A model generated the notes under the pieces. That model was not told the origin of the DNA. It worked only from the letters and a program-made list of their open reading frames with translations, and made no database searches. Made by a program: the position numbers and the translations under genes. From the human T2T-CHM13v2.0 reference genome, Homo sapiens, in NCBI RefSeq assembly GCF_009914755.1, contig NC_060931.1: a stretch of 64,000 nucleotides of DNA; one strand, 5' to 3'. Of this stretch, positions 15,289 through 27,019 are shown one piece after another (within the stretch, counting starts at the first letter, position 1; each line of letters opens with the position of its first letter).

Positions 15289-16381
15289 GTAACCATGGCT
15301 GCCCTTCACGTTCCCTCCTGCCTCCTTGGCTGTGAGCACTGTCACGGGAGGGCAGGTGCCCCACAGATCTGCGCTGACCGTCAGCCGGCCCCGAGCTGGG
15401 TGCTGGGCCACCGGGTGTACAGGGCCCCTGCCCTGAGAAGTTCACAGCCCCATGGGGAACTCAGCTGAGTACAGCAGTGATTGCAAGAGAGTGAGAAGGT
15501 GGCTGGGTGGGGATGCCACAGAGGGGGTGATTGGCCCTTGGTGGGGCTTCCCGGGACAGGGAGAGGAGTCGCAAACTTGTAGGAAAGACAGTCTCCCCGG
15601 AGGAGGCGTCAGGCTGCAGAGTCCCTCTCAACGGACCGGGTTCTCCCGTGAATGGCGTCTCGGCATGGGCGTGCTTACAAGGTCAAGGGTGCTGGGGGAC
15701 TGAAGGGGACAGGGCTGCTGGATGTGGTAGAGGATGGATGGAGGAAGAGGGACTTGCAAACTGGGAATCTGAGGAGAGAAGATTGGAGCAAGCGGAGGCT
15801 GGGGCCAGTGGGAGGGGGCAGCCAGGGCACGGGCTTGGCTGTGGGGACCTGCGGCTTCTGGGAGGAGGAGGGGAGGCTGAAGCTGGGGTAGTGGATGAAG
15901 GGGATGAAGGGCTCATCTGAGGTCCAAAGTCAAATTCCTCCCCTCAGCTGGCCCTGAGCTAGGTGCTGGGCCACCAGGTGTACAGGGTCCCTGCCCTGAG
16001 AAGTTCACAGCCCAGTGAGGGACACAGCTGAGGACAGCAGTGATTGCCAGAGAATGAGAAGGTTGTTGCGTGGGGGTGCCACTGAGATGGGGCCGGCAGG
16101 GGGGGCCTTGAAAGCTAAAAGCGAAAGTGCCTGAGCAGGGTTTCCCTTGAGTGTGTCAAAGCTGGGTGGGCAAAACAGCTGGGAGGGCCAGGGCGGGTCC
16201 AGGGGACCTTCAGGAAGTCCTTGCAAGACCAGAGAAAGGGAAGAGGCTGGAATCAAGGCCGCTGTGAGGGGTGCAGGAGGTAGTAAGAGGGGCTGAGGCA
16301 TGAGCCTGATACACTGGTCACTCACAGCAGTACTCTGAGAGGTGACTGTGACCCCCTCCATTTCATAACAGCAACCTGCCT

Positions 16382-16695
<314 letters not shown>

Positions 16696-17699
16696 CCAAC
16701 CACCTGTGGCTTAGGAACATGAGGCTCAGCCAGGTCCCTTGGTCTCCCCTGCTCCTTCTCTGAGTTGGGGACACGACACTGACATCCCTGTCCCAGACCC
16801 TGTAATTGGCTCAACTTCCCATTGTCTTTGGTCCCCTGGTGGGCAGACCTTTCTCCTATAACCCAGTAGGATGCTTTTTGGTTTCCTTTTGTTTCATTTT
16901 AAGCTAAATTAATCTGAACATAAGACAGATCTGTCATGTTACACCAGCAAAAGGCACCCATTCTGCTGCCAACTCCCAGGGCTGGGCAGGATGGGGACAG
17001 TGGCTTTGTCTCCTCATCATCACTTTTCAGAGTGGCCTCGACACCTGCCTTCTCAATAAGTCAGCACCCTGTCTTGGCTGACTCAGGTGTCTCTGTGCAC
17101 AAGGTCCTCTGCTTGTGTGCAGACCGGGCCCTTGAAATACAGACTCTGCCATCACGCCAGCCTGCCTGCCTGCACTTTGAAATGGTGGCTTTCTCTGCTG
17201 TCTTTCTTGCCTGGCATGGCCACACCTACCCTGCCCCTTGCCTGCTGTTTGGTGGCGAGCTCTTGGGCATTCAAGGAAGGAAACAAGCAAAGAACTTCCT
17301 ACCTTCGGGCCCTGGGATAGGTGCTCTGTCCTGGTTAGGGTATTTTCAGGACATGTGGGGGAAGCTGACAGGCAGCTATGGTGGAAGGAAAAGCTCAGGC
17401 TGGAGGCTGACAGGTGTGGATCTGCAGTCTGGATCGGCCGCTTTGCCAGGCTGTGTGGCCGTGGGGAGGTTGCCTGCCCTCTCTGTGTTTCAAGCTCTTT
17501 GTCTGTGAACAGGGTTTGAAGCCCTGTCTGGCACATAGTTGATGATGTTCAGTCTATGCTTATTTGCAGTGGTGAGGGTGTCGGGTGGGAAGAGGCAGGG
17601 GTGGGGGGCTTTGAGGACACATACACTGTCACTGTATCAGGATGGCCCTGACCCCTTCCTCATGGCCGGCCCTGACCCTGCCTGTTTCCTCCCCGCCAG

Positions 17700-17784
17700 G
17701 GCGAGGGGGTGCAGCAGCTGAGAGAGGCCCTGAAGATCCTGGCAGAGCGAGTCCTCATCCTGGAGCACATGATTGGGATCCACG
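17700..17784 (+). CDS. COL26A1: COL26A1 penultimate exon: C-terminal coiled coil
   Basis: Acceptor tttcctccccgccAG, donor CACG|GTGAGC; 85 nt, phase 0->1; GEGVQQLREALKILAERVLILEHMIGIH(D). Confidence 0.95.
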
Positions 17785-18289
17785 GTGAGCAGTGACCAGG
17801 ATCAGCGGGCTGGGAATCTCTCTCCCCTCCTTCCTCTCCCAATGCTGCCCTCATGGCTGCTGCCTAGGGTCTCTGGTCTCCCTCCCTTACCCCTAGTCTG
17901 ACCCTCCCCCTCCCCTGCTCAAGGACCCTCAGTGGCTCCCTGCTGCCCTTGACAGACTTCCAAGTGCATCAGCCCAGTTTCCCAGCCCCTCCCTAGTATA
18001 GCCATGGTGGGCAGAGCCCTGCCCAGCCATGTTGAGGCCCCTCCCACCTCCATGCCTTTGCTCGGGCCATGCCTCTGCCTGGTGAACACTGACTGCCACT
18101 TCGGGACCTGCTCAAAGATCTCGGCCTCTGTGAAGCCTTCTCTGAACCCTCCTCTTTGTCCCTATGGTGACATAGGGGAGGCTTCCATTCCATGCTGGGG
18201 TTTCTGTGACCCTCTGGGAGTCCCTTGTGCAGAACAGTGAATGATACCTCTGCAGGGCCTGGAGTAGAGGCCCATCAGCATTTGCTGGA

Positions 18290-19130
18290 AAATGAATGGA
18301 TGAATGAATAGGTGAATGGACAGGTGGGTGGGTGAGTGAGTGAGTGAACGAATGGCTGGTTGCCTGGATGAATGTATGCATGGGTGGATGCATAGATAGA
18401 TGAATGAATGAATGAATGAATTGTTGAATGGACAGGTGGATAGGTGGATGAGTGAGTGGATGGGTAGATGCATGGACGAATAAATGAATGGGTGGATGGA
18501 TAGATGGATAAATGGATGGATGGATGGATGAGTGGACAGGTGGGTGGGTGAATGAGTGAATGGATGGATGGATGGATGATGGATGAGTGAACAGGTGGGT
18601 GGATAAATGAGTGGATGGATAAGTGGGCAGGTGGGTGGGTAAATGAGTGAATAGATGCATGGATGAATGAATGAATGGGTGGATGGACGGGTGAGTGGAC
18701 AGGTAGGTGGGTGAATAAGTGAGTGAATGGATGGATGGATGGATGATAGATGGATGGGTAAATGAGTGAATGAATGGATAGATGCATAGATAAATGAATG
18801 ACTGAGTGGATGGATGGATGGATGGATGGATGGATGGATGGATAGATGCATAGATGAATCAATGAGTGGATAGGTGGGTGGGTGGATAAGTGAGTGGATG
18901 GATGGGTGGATGGATGGATGGATGGATGGATGGATGGATGGATGGATGGGCAGGTAAATGAGTGAATGAATGGATAGATGCATAGATAAATGAGTGACTG
19001 AGTGGGTGGATGAATGGGTGAATGGATGAATGGGTGGATACACAGATGGATGAATGGGTCAATGGACAGGTGGATGGGTGAATGAGTGAATGAATGGATG
19101 GATGCATGGATCCATGAATGAATGAATGCA
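18290..19130. repeat. Compound (GGAT)n/(GAAT)n/(GAGT)n repeat, ~840 bp, in the last COL26A1 intron
   Basis: Directly visible; produces the spurious HPSI/HSFI ORFs. Confidence 0.96.
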
Positions 19131-19270
19131 TAAGGGGCTGAAAGCCTGCTGCTGCCTTGCTTCTCCACGCTGGGCAAGAGCATCTCTCCGTGGCCACATA
19201 TCATGATCAAATGTGCCCCCAAGTGTTCCTAAGGCTCTACCTCGAGTCCACCCTCCTGCTCTCCTTCCAG

Positions 19271-19431
19271 ATCCCCTGGCCTCCCCAGAGGGAGGTTCTG
19301 GCCAGGATGCTGCCCTGAGAGCCAACCTCAAGATGAAGAGGGGTGGCGCCCAACCCGATGGGGTCCTTGCTGCCCTGCTTGGGCCTGACCCTGGACAGAA
19401 GAGCGTGGACCAGGCCAGCAGCAGGAAGTGA
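19271..19431 (+). CDS. COL26A1: COL26A1 last exon, coding part to the TGA stop
   Basis: Acceptor ctctccttccAG; (D)PLASPEGGSGQDAALRANLKMKRGGAQPDGVLAALLGPDPGQKSVDQASSRK*; matches the tail of ORF 19213..19431. Confidence 0.96.
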
Positions 19432-20930
19432 GAGCCCACTGCTCCAGGACACCCTGTCCTGGCTAGAGACCCAGCCCCAGAGGCCTGAGCCGCCGCTGTT
19501 TCCTAAAGATGCCCCCAGGGGAACTGGGCTCCAGGCATGGATGATTGTGAGGACATGGGGGGCTTTGGGGACAGATAATGTCTCCAGGGGCAGGGTCTGG
19601 AGGGGCCAACACCCTCATCAGAGCCCTCCTCTGGCCTGTCCCCTCCCCTACCCCCACTCCCGGCTGGCGACGGGGTCTGGGTGGGCTGGGTGCTGGGAAT
19701 GAGAATAATCCTAATACCCATCATTTATTGAGTCCCTGCTGTAACTGGCCCTGTCCAGGGAACTTTCGTTACGTTGTCTCATTATTTAACCCTTAGGAGG
19801 TAAGCTTATTATCCCCACTTCACAAGGGGACCGAGGCTCAGACGGTAGAAATAACCCTCTCTTGGCCACCAGATCACGGGTGGCAGGGGCAGGATTTGAA
19901 CCCAGGACCCTCAGTTCCTGAAGCCATGTTCTCTCGACCCTGCCAGCTTCCCCTCTTCGAGAGAAAACTCAGACAGGGAGGGCGCAGGGCCAGAACGGCT
20001 CCTTAAGGCAGGCAGGGCTGCGGGGAGGCTGGGCCAGCCAGCCTGAGGGGGTAGGCAGGGTCCTGCAGGGCCTGGGGCTTCCCTTCCTCATCCCCCTTCC
20101 CCACTGGCTGGGGGAGCAGCCTGGACTGCAGCTCTCAGAGGCCAGGGAGACCCTGAATAAATCACTGCCAGCCATACGGACTTGAGGACCTTGAGAGAGA
20201 AGCATTGGGGGTGCAAGTGTCCACCAAACCAGATAGGCATCCCTGGCCACTGCCTCCCAGTCTTGCTGAGCCCACCCGCTCTCTCTGGGTCCATCCCATC
20301 CCTGAGCCAGGGGAGGCAGCATTTCATGGGCATGTCTATCAGAGGTGGGACTTGCAGCCTCTGCCCCACGAGTTTGTCTCTCAGTGGACTCTATAGGTTT
20401 GCTACTTTTGCATGACACAGCAAGCCCAGTGTCCCCTTTGCAAGCTGCAGAGAGGGAAACAGAGTCCCAGGCCTGCTGGGAAGAGATGCTCCTGCCTCCC
20501 ACCTTCCAGAGTTGGGGGCCTGGCAGGCTCCATGGCAGGCACCAGGTCCCTAGCAGCCCAGAACAGCTCTGACTGGAGCCCTCAAGGCCTCTGGGGCCAG
20601 GGTCCCCGTGATCAGCTCAGCCCTGGTGTTCCTCTCTTGCTGGGCTGGGACCTGGGACACAGCCACGGCAGCAAACTCAGAGAATTGAAGGTGCTGGCGC
20701 CACCCTGGGGCACTCTGTCTTCACAGCAGGAGTGACTGTCTCCAGTGCTCTTGGTACTCCTGTTTGGCTGTGGCCTGGTCCCTCTGGGCCCTGGGATCTT
20801 CTTCTGGCCCTTGAGGCAGGTCTGGAGAGGCAGTCTCTGTCTTCATGGAGGGGTGGTCAGAGGCGGGCGGGACCACCAGCCTGTAGCGTTATTATTATAT
20901 GTGACAATAAAGGTGCTCTCCCCACTGTGG
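19432..20930 (+). other. COL26A1: COL26A1 3' UTR (~1.5 kb; contains a MIR at ~19700-19930)
   Basis: Runs from the stop codon to the AATAAA at 20906 and its downstream GU-rich tract; the 3' end is approximate. Confidence 0.8.
20906..20911 (+). terminator. Polyadenylation signal of COL26A1
   Basis: AATAAA preceded by U-rich ttattattatat and TGTA, followed ~15 nt later by GU-rich gtgggtctgtttgtgtggtg. Confidence 0.85.
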
Positions 20931-21094
20931 GTCTGTTTGTGTGGTGACAGCTCTGCAGGAGGCTGGTCTGCATCTTACCGGCCAGGTGCCAGGGAAGCTG
21001 TGAGCAGCTCCAGCCAGGCCCGGGGTGACCACAGGGCCTCTGTGGCAGGGAGGTCCAGCTCTGCCCTCAGGACCTCCAGGGAGGGGGCTGGGAG

Positions 21095-21565
21095 TGACAC
21101 ACGATAGGCAAGCCCCGGATTGGGGCTTAACCTGCAAGGGCTCTTGGCTTCACCCAGCAAAGAATTCAAGGGCAAGCTGGAGGCAGGAGAAACAGCTTTA
21201 TTGGAGGGGCAGGACTACAGCTCCATGACTGCTCGTGCAGAGCAGGGCTTCTCCCCAGGCAGAGAATAGCAGCTCAGGGCAGTTCTGCACCATATTTATA
21301 CCTACTTTTAATTGCATGCAGATTAAGGGCTGGTTTATGCAGAAATTTCTAGGGAAAGGGTGGTTATTTCCGGGTCATCAGGTCTTTGCCATGGAAAAGG
21401 GCAGTGGCTCCTGAGTGTTGCCATGGTGATGGCAAACTGACATGGCACACTGGTGGGCGTGTCCAATGGAAAGATGCTTCCGCTCTGTCCCTGTTTTGGC
21501 TAGTCCTCAATTTGGTCCTGTGTCTGAGCCCTACCTCCAGAGTCAAGATCTGTTTCTTACCTCCA
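21095..21565 (-). mobile_element. ERV1 (MER4-group-like) solo LTR, family uncertain
   Basis: TG...CA ends; antisense AATAAA (ctttatt ~21197) and TATA (tttata ~21296); ~470 bp. Confidence 0.7.
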
Positions 21566-21862
21566 GAGGGTGAGGGAAGCCCCTTCAGAGGCCACCTCAC
21601 CCCTCCACCCAACCACACTGTCTATAAACTGGGCCTGGCCCCCAGCTCTGCAAGAAGGTGAGTTAAGTTGGGGCGGCCTCAGGGCTCTTGGAGGAGCAAC
21701 CCTGATCCTGCTCCATGCTCCTGTCCAGGTCTGGGGTCAGTGACATATCAGAGACCCCAGGGAGACCCATATACCCTGATGACAAGTCCCAGGTACAACA
21801 CAGAGACCCAAACCACTGCTGAATCACCCTGTGACCCTTGTAGGTATTAAGCTCTTGCCCTG

Positions 21863-22240
21863 TGTATTATGTCTGTTCTCACTCTGCCAATAAAGATATA
21901 CCCGAGACTGGGTAATTTATGGTAATTTATAAAGAAAAAGATGTTTAATGGACTTACAGTTCCATGTGGCTGGGGAGGCTTCACAATCATGGTGGAAGGG
22001 GAAAGGCACGTCTTGCATGGCAGCAGGCAAGAGAGAGAATGAGAACCAAGCAAAAGGGGTTTCCCCTTATAAAACCATCAGATCTCGTGAGACTTACTTA
22101 TTCACTACCATGAGAACAGTATGGAGGAACCGCCCCCATGATTAAATTATCTCCCAACAGGTCCCTCCCACAACACATGGGAATTATGGGAGCTACAATT
22201 CAACATGAGATCTGGGTGAGGACACAGCCAAACCATATCA
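21863..22240 (-). mobile_element. THE1 (ERVL-MaLR) solo LTR
   Basis: Reverse complement starts TGATATGGTTTGGCTGTGTCC; perfect 5-bp TSD CCCTG at 21858 and 22241. Confidence 0.93.
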
Positions 22241-22342
22241 CCCTGTGTCCAGTGCCCAGTGCTCAGCTACAGACAGAACCCTGCCTGCCTCTGCCTGGAG
22301 CTTGAAATCCTATAGAGAGGGTGAGCATTGAACACCACACCA

Positions 22343-22650
<308 letters not shown>

Positions 22651-23345
22651 ATAAAAAAACACCACAGCAATCATGTGGAGGAAGGAGATTCCAGGCTGCT
22701 CTGAGAGTCCAGGACCCAGAGACCAAAAGGGCAGGGAGAGCAGGGAAACAGAAAGAGAGAAAGAGGGAGGGAAGGGAAAAGAGAGACAGAGCAAGAGGCG
22801 AGAGGGAGAGAGAAACAAGAGACAGAGACAGAGAGATGGCCTGCCAGAGCTTCATCTGTCTTTATTTGCTGGTGAATAGGCAACACGTTCCTTAAGCCGG
22901 AGCCTCTTCTTCCAAGCCCCATTGGCTCTGGGATACTTCCTCCAGCCACAGGTCCTGGGCCCAGCAGGCACAGCTCATTCAGCAAACAGGGAGACCCGGG
23001 GTCGGGCGGGTGCCTGAAGTCAAACCTTGGCAGGAACCACTGGGCAACTGTCCCAGGCAGGGAGTGTGAGTAGGTTTAGGCTGGAGAAATGTCCTCGCCC
23101 CTTTTATTCCTTTTCCCAGGGCAGGAGTTACAAAACCACGCATCATTCCTTCCTTCCTCCTTTCCTTCATGTAACGAATCTTTTATTGATCACCTTAATT
23201 GAGCCAGGCCCTGAGAACTTTCCATGAACAAAAGACAGGAATCTCTGCCCTCAATGAACCAACGCTTCAAGGGTAAGAAGTCAAAATAGGCAATAAACAG
23301 CCTGGACAACATAGTGAGACCCCATCTCTAAAAAAAAAAAAATTA

Positions 23346-23603
<258 letters not shown>

Positions 23604-24186
23604 CTAAGGACTGGGAGCTGACAATTAGTCTTATTTTTTAATTTTTAAAACTTATTTTAATTTTGTGTGTGTGTGTGAAAAAACACCTCCTCTCCTCCTT
23701 GGGGAAGCAGACCAGCAGGCATTCATTCCCCCAGACCCAGTGGCAGAGATGGGATCCTAAGAGAGAGATTTGCCTGCATTACCTAGGACACCAAAACGTC
23801 CTGCCCCAGGGCTGCCCCCACTTCCCCCAAGGTCTTCCCCTTCCTTTTGTCTTAAAGGCAGACTCCACGCCCAATGACACCTTTGTCTTTCAATCAAGGG
23901 GTTGCTGAGTTTGGAGGGTGTGAACTGAGCTTAGACGCTCCAGGTGGGCACCCTCAGGTGGGCACACGAAGCCCCCCGTGGTGCAAGGTGGAAGCTAGTG
24001 AGGGAAGCAGAAGGGCTGGAGGATGACAGGGGCTGGCTCTCCCGGCTGTCACCTTCCAGCACAAGACTCTGACAGTCACAATTCCAACGTCAAACCTGGC
24101 CTTCCAGGTCCTTGGAAAAAGATATCTGTCAAAGTAGGAAGATAGAGCCTGTGTTACTTAACAGCTGGTTAGCTCAATGTATAACT

Positions 24187-24476
24187 TTTTTTCTCTCTCT
24201 CTCTCTGTCGCCCAGGCTGGAGTGCAGTGGCACGATCTCGGCTCACTGCAACCTCCGCCTCCCAGTTCAAACAATTCTCTTGCTTCAGCCTCCTGAGTAG
24301 CTGGGATTACAGGTGCCTGCCGCCACACCCAGCTATTTTTTTTTTCCTGTATTTTTAGTAGGGACGGGGTTTCACCATGTTGTCTAGGCTGGTCTCGAAC
24401 TCCTGACCTCAGGTGATCCACCCATCTCAGCCTCCCAAAGGGCTGGGATTACAGGTGTGAGCCACCGCACCCAGCC
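24187..24476 (-). mobile_element. AluS SINE
   Basis: Antisense Alu; TSD tc(a/g)atgt(a/g)taactttt. Confidence 0.92.
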
Positions 24477-26217
24477 TCGATGTGTAACTTTTAAATAGAC
24501 TCATGGGATGCCTTCATTTTTCCTCTGGTCCCTGGATCCCGCTATGGGAGAGCCTGGATGGGACCAGCAGAGTCTAGGAGGGTAGGGAAAGGGCTGTATG
24601 AGGAATGTTTGGGGAAAAACAACTTCCAAGCTCCCGCCAGCAGGGTGGACGGGCCAGCCCGGAGTGTGTTCGATGGAGCCAGGGTAGCAGATACTGTGGG
24701 TCCCAGAGAAGGTCTGAGACAGAGCTGAGGGAGAAGGTCTCCCCCAAGGGGCTGGGTGTGAGTTGGTCCTTAATATGGTGAGGACAGATCCAGTGCTAAA
24801 CAGTGAAACATGTCACCTCCTTTAACGTCACAGCCACCTCTCTCATTTTGGGGTGAGTCAGCTGAGCCCCAGAGAGGTTACATAGCTTCCTCAAGGTCAC
24901 ACAGGCGGTTGGCGGTGAAGCTGAGTTCCAGATCAGGTCTGTGGGATTTGGGAAGCCATGCTCTGCTCTGCCCCCGAGAAAGCGGTTCTGGAAGGAAAAA
25001 AGAGAGTTCACATAAACCCAGGGGTGGCGCTGCCGAAGAGGCCAAGTGTGAGCAAAGGCTGGGGGCGGATAAAGGGCAGAGGAGATTTGGGTGGGGGTGG
25101 AACGAATCTCCCAGGACACTGAAGCACCTGCCAGGGTGGGGATCTCCGAGGACCGTGATGCTGGAGGGAGAGGAAACTGACCACTGAGGGTCTCAGTCTG
25201 GCCTCTCCTTGCCGTCTGGCCGTAGAATGACCTTTCTGAAGTGCAAGCCTGGCGTTGCTCCTCCCTCACTCATGAATCTGCTGTGGCTCCCCTGTTCCTG
25301 GCCTCAAGCCTGAGCTCTGCCCCCTGGTGCTGTCACCTGGGTCCCTGTCCTGACCACCTTCTGCACACATAGTGGCTGCAGCCCCAGGAGTCAGCCAGGA
25401 GGTCTGCCCATTGTCCGGCCTCATCTCTGTCCAGCTGTGGAGGCTGGCTCCCCCCGCGCAAAGCAGTGCTAAGCGTCTGCAGGAAATGGGACAGCGCTGT
25501 TGGGGGAAGGGCCTCAAAGCCCCAGGGGGAGCCCAGCTCTTGGCCTTGTGTGACCCCCTCAAATCTTCACCTCCTCTCACCCCTGCAGCCAAGGAGACAG
25601 GGCGGGCCCATCTGATCCTCTGCCCAGCTTCAGGAAGGTTCTTGCATGCATGTGCGGACACCGCCGCTTGCACTTCCAAGCTGTCCACAGGGCCCAAGAC
25701 TCGGAGTAGGAAGCAAAGCACCCCGGGCTCCCAGCTAGGACGCTGCAGGGCTGGACCGTGGTCATCCTCCCCTGCCCAAGATTGCCTTCCCTCCTCCCTC
25801 TCCACAGCCCCTGGGGAAAGGGGACTCACCAGGGTCAGCTCAGTCCTGGCAGGAGCCTCCAGGTCCCCTCCTGGCTCACAGCTGAGCTTTGAGGGCCAGA
25901 TCTGGGGACAGGCTGGCTGGAGCCCTCACTGCCTGGGTGCCCAGAACTCCCAGTCTGAGGCCACCTGCCTGGGCACTAAGGAGGGAGAATTAGCACAGGC
26001 CCCTGCTCACCTCGCCCCGCCCTGCTCCACCCTGTCTCCACTTTGCCTGGCCCAGACATGGCTGTCTCGAATTTCCTGCCTGAGTCTCCTCTGCTCTCCT
26101 GCGCTTCCTGCCTCTGCCTCCGGCCGCTGCTTCCTGCGCATACCGCCTTCTGTGGCCCGGGGTCCAGATCAAACCTGACATTTCTTCTGAAATGCCAACT
26201 GGCTCTAGGCCCTGCTA

Positions 26218-26445
26218 TACATGTGCGTGTGCATATGCAAGTGTGTGCATGCATAAGAATGAGTGTGTTCATGTGTGTGCATGTTCTGTGTGTACACATA
26301 TGTGCACGTGTGTGCATGTGTAAGAGTGTACATGCATGAGAATGTGTGTGTGCGTGTCCAGTGCGTATACACATATGTGCACGTGTGTGTGCTTGAATGT
26401 ATGTGTGTGGGTATTCGTATCTGCTACGGTGTGTACACACAGTGT
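26218..26445. repeat. Alternating purine-pyrimidine low-complexity tract (TG/CA/TA/CG mix)
   Basis: Directly visible atgtgcgtgtgcatatgc... Confidence 0.9.
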
Positions 26446-26771
26446 GGAGGTGGCTCGGGCTGGGCTGAACCTCAGAGGTTCCCACGAAGGCACGCTCTTC
26501 TTAGCCTGGTCCTGGCATGTCCTGAAGACCCACGAGGGGCAACTGTCCTACCGGAATGGCAGAAACAGCCCGACTCTGGCTTTGGGCTCAGCCAAGGGTG
26601 GTCAAGGTGCCATTGGGGTCCCCCAGCTTCACTCGTCACCTCCCTAAATCCAAAGCGCACCCTCCCAACTCTGTCTCTTCCAGTCGGCTGTGAGCGTCCT
26701 GTGTGCCAGGTCACGTCTGCGTGCCCAGCTCAGGCCAGGTGCAGAGCAGATGAATGACTGCAAAGGAATCA

Positions 26772-27019
26772 CTGGCACAAGGCAGGACATTCACGGTGGG
26801 GCGTGGCTTCTTCCCTGACACTGGCACATAGCAGGACATTCACGATGGGGGCGTGGCTTCCTCCCTGACACTGGCACATGGAGGACATTCACGATGGGGG
26901 TGTGGCTTCTTCCCTGACACTGGCACAAGGCGGGACATTCACGACGGGGGCGTGGCTTCTTCCCTGACACTGGTACACGGTGGGACATTCACGATGGGGG
27001 CGTGGCTTCTTCCCTGACC
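26772..27019. repeat. Minisatellite: 5 copies of a 49-50 bp unit
   Basis: Units start at 26772, 26821, 26871, 26920, 26970; consensus CTGGCACAAGGCAGGACATTCACGATGGGGGCGTGGCTTCTTCCCTGACA. Confidence 0.96.

Noticed and set aside
18112-19222. Long minus-strand ORFs of 182-315 aa (HPSI/HSFI repeats)
   Set aside because: Translations of the (ATCC/ATTC)n repeat, which lacks stops; antisense to a COL26A1 intron.
17700-19431. Possible frameshift/pseudogene status of COL26A1 at G-runs in the last two exons
   Set aside because: Exon lengths and phases sum to 879 nt in one frame ending at the expected SSRK-stop; this allele is intact.
25372-26178. 268-aa plus-strand ORF in unique GC-rich DNA
   Set aside because: GTG start, low-complexity Ser/Pro/Ala/Gly composition, overlapping ORFs in several frames; no recognisable protein.
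26772-27019. Resemblance of the 49-50 bp array to a CRISPR array
   Set aside because: Head-to-tail units with no unique spacers, no cas genes, human context: a minisatellite.
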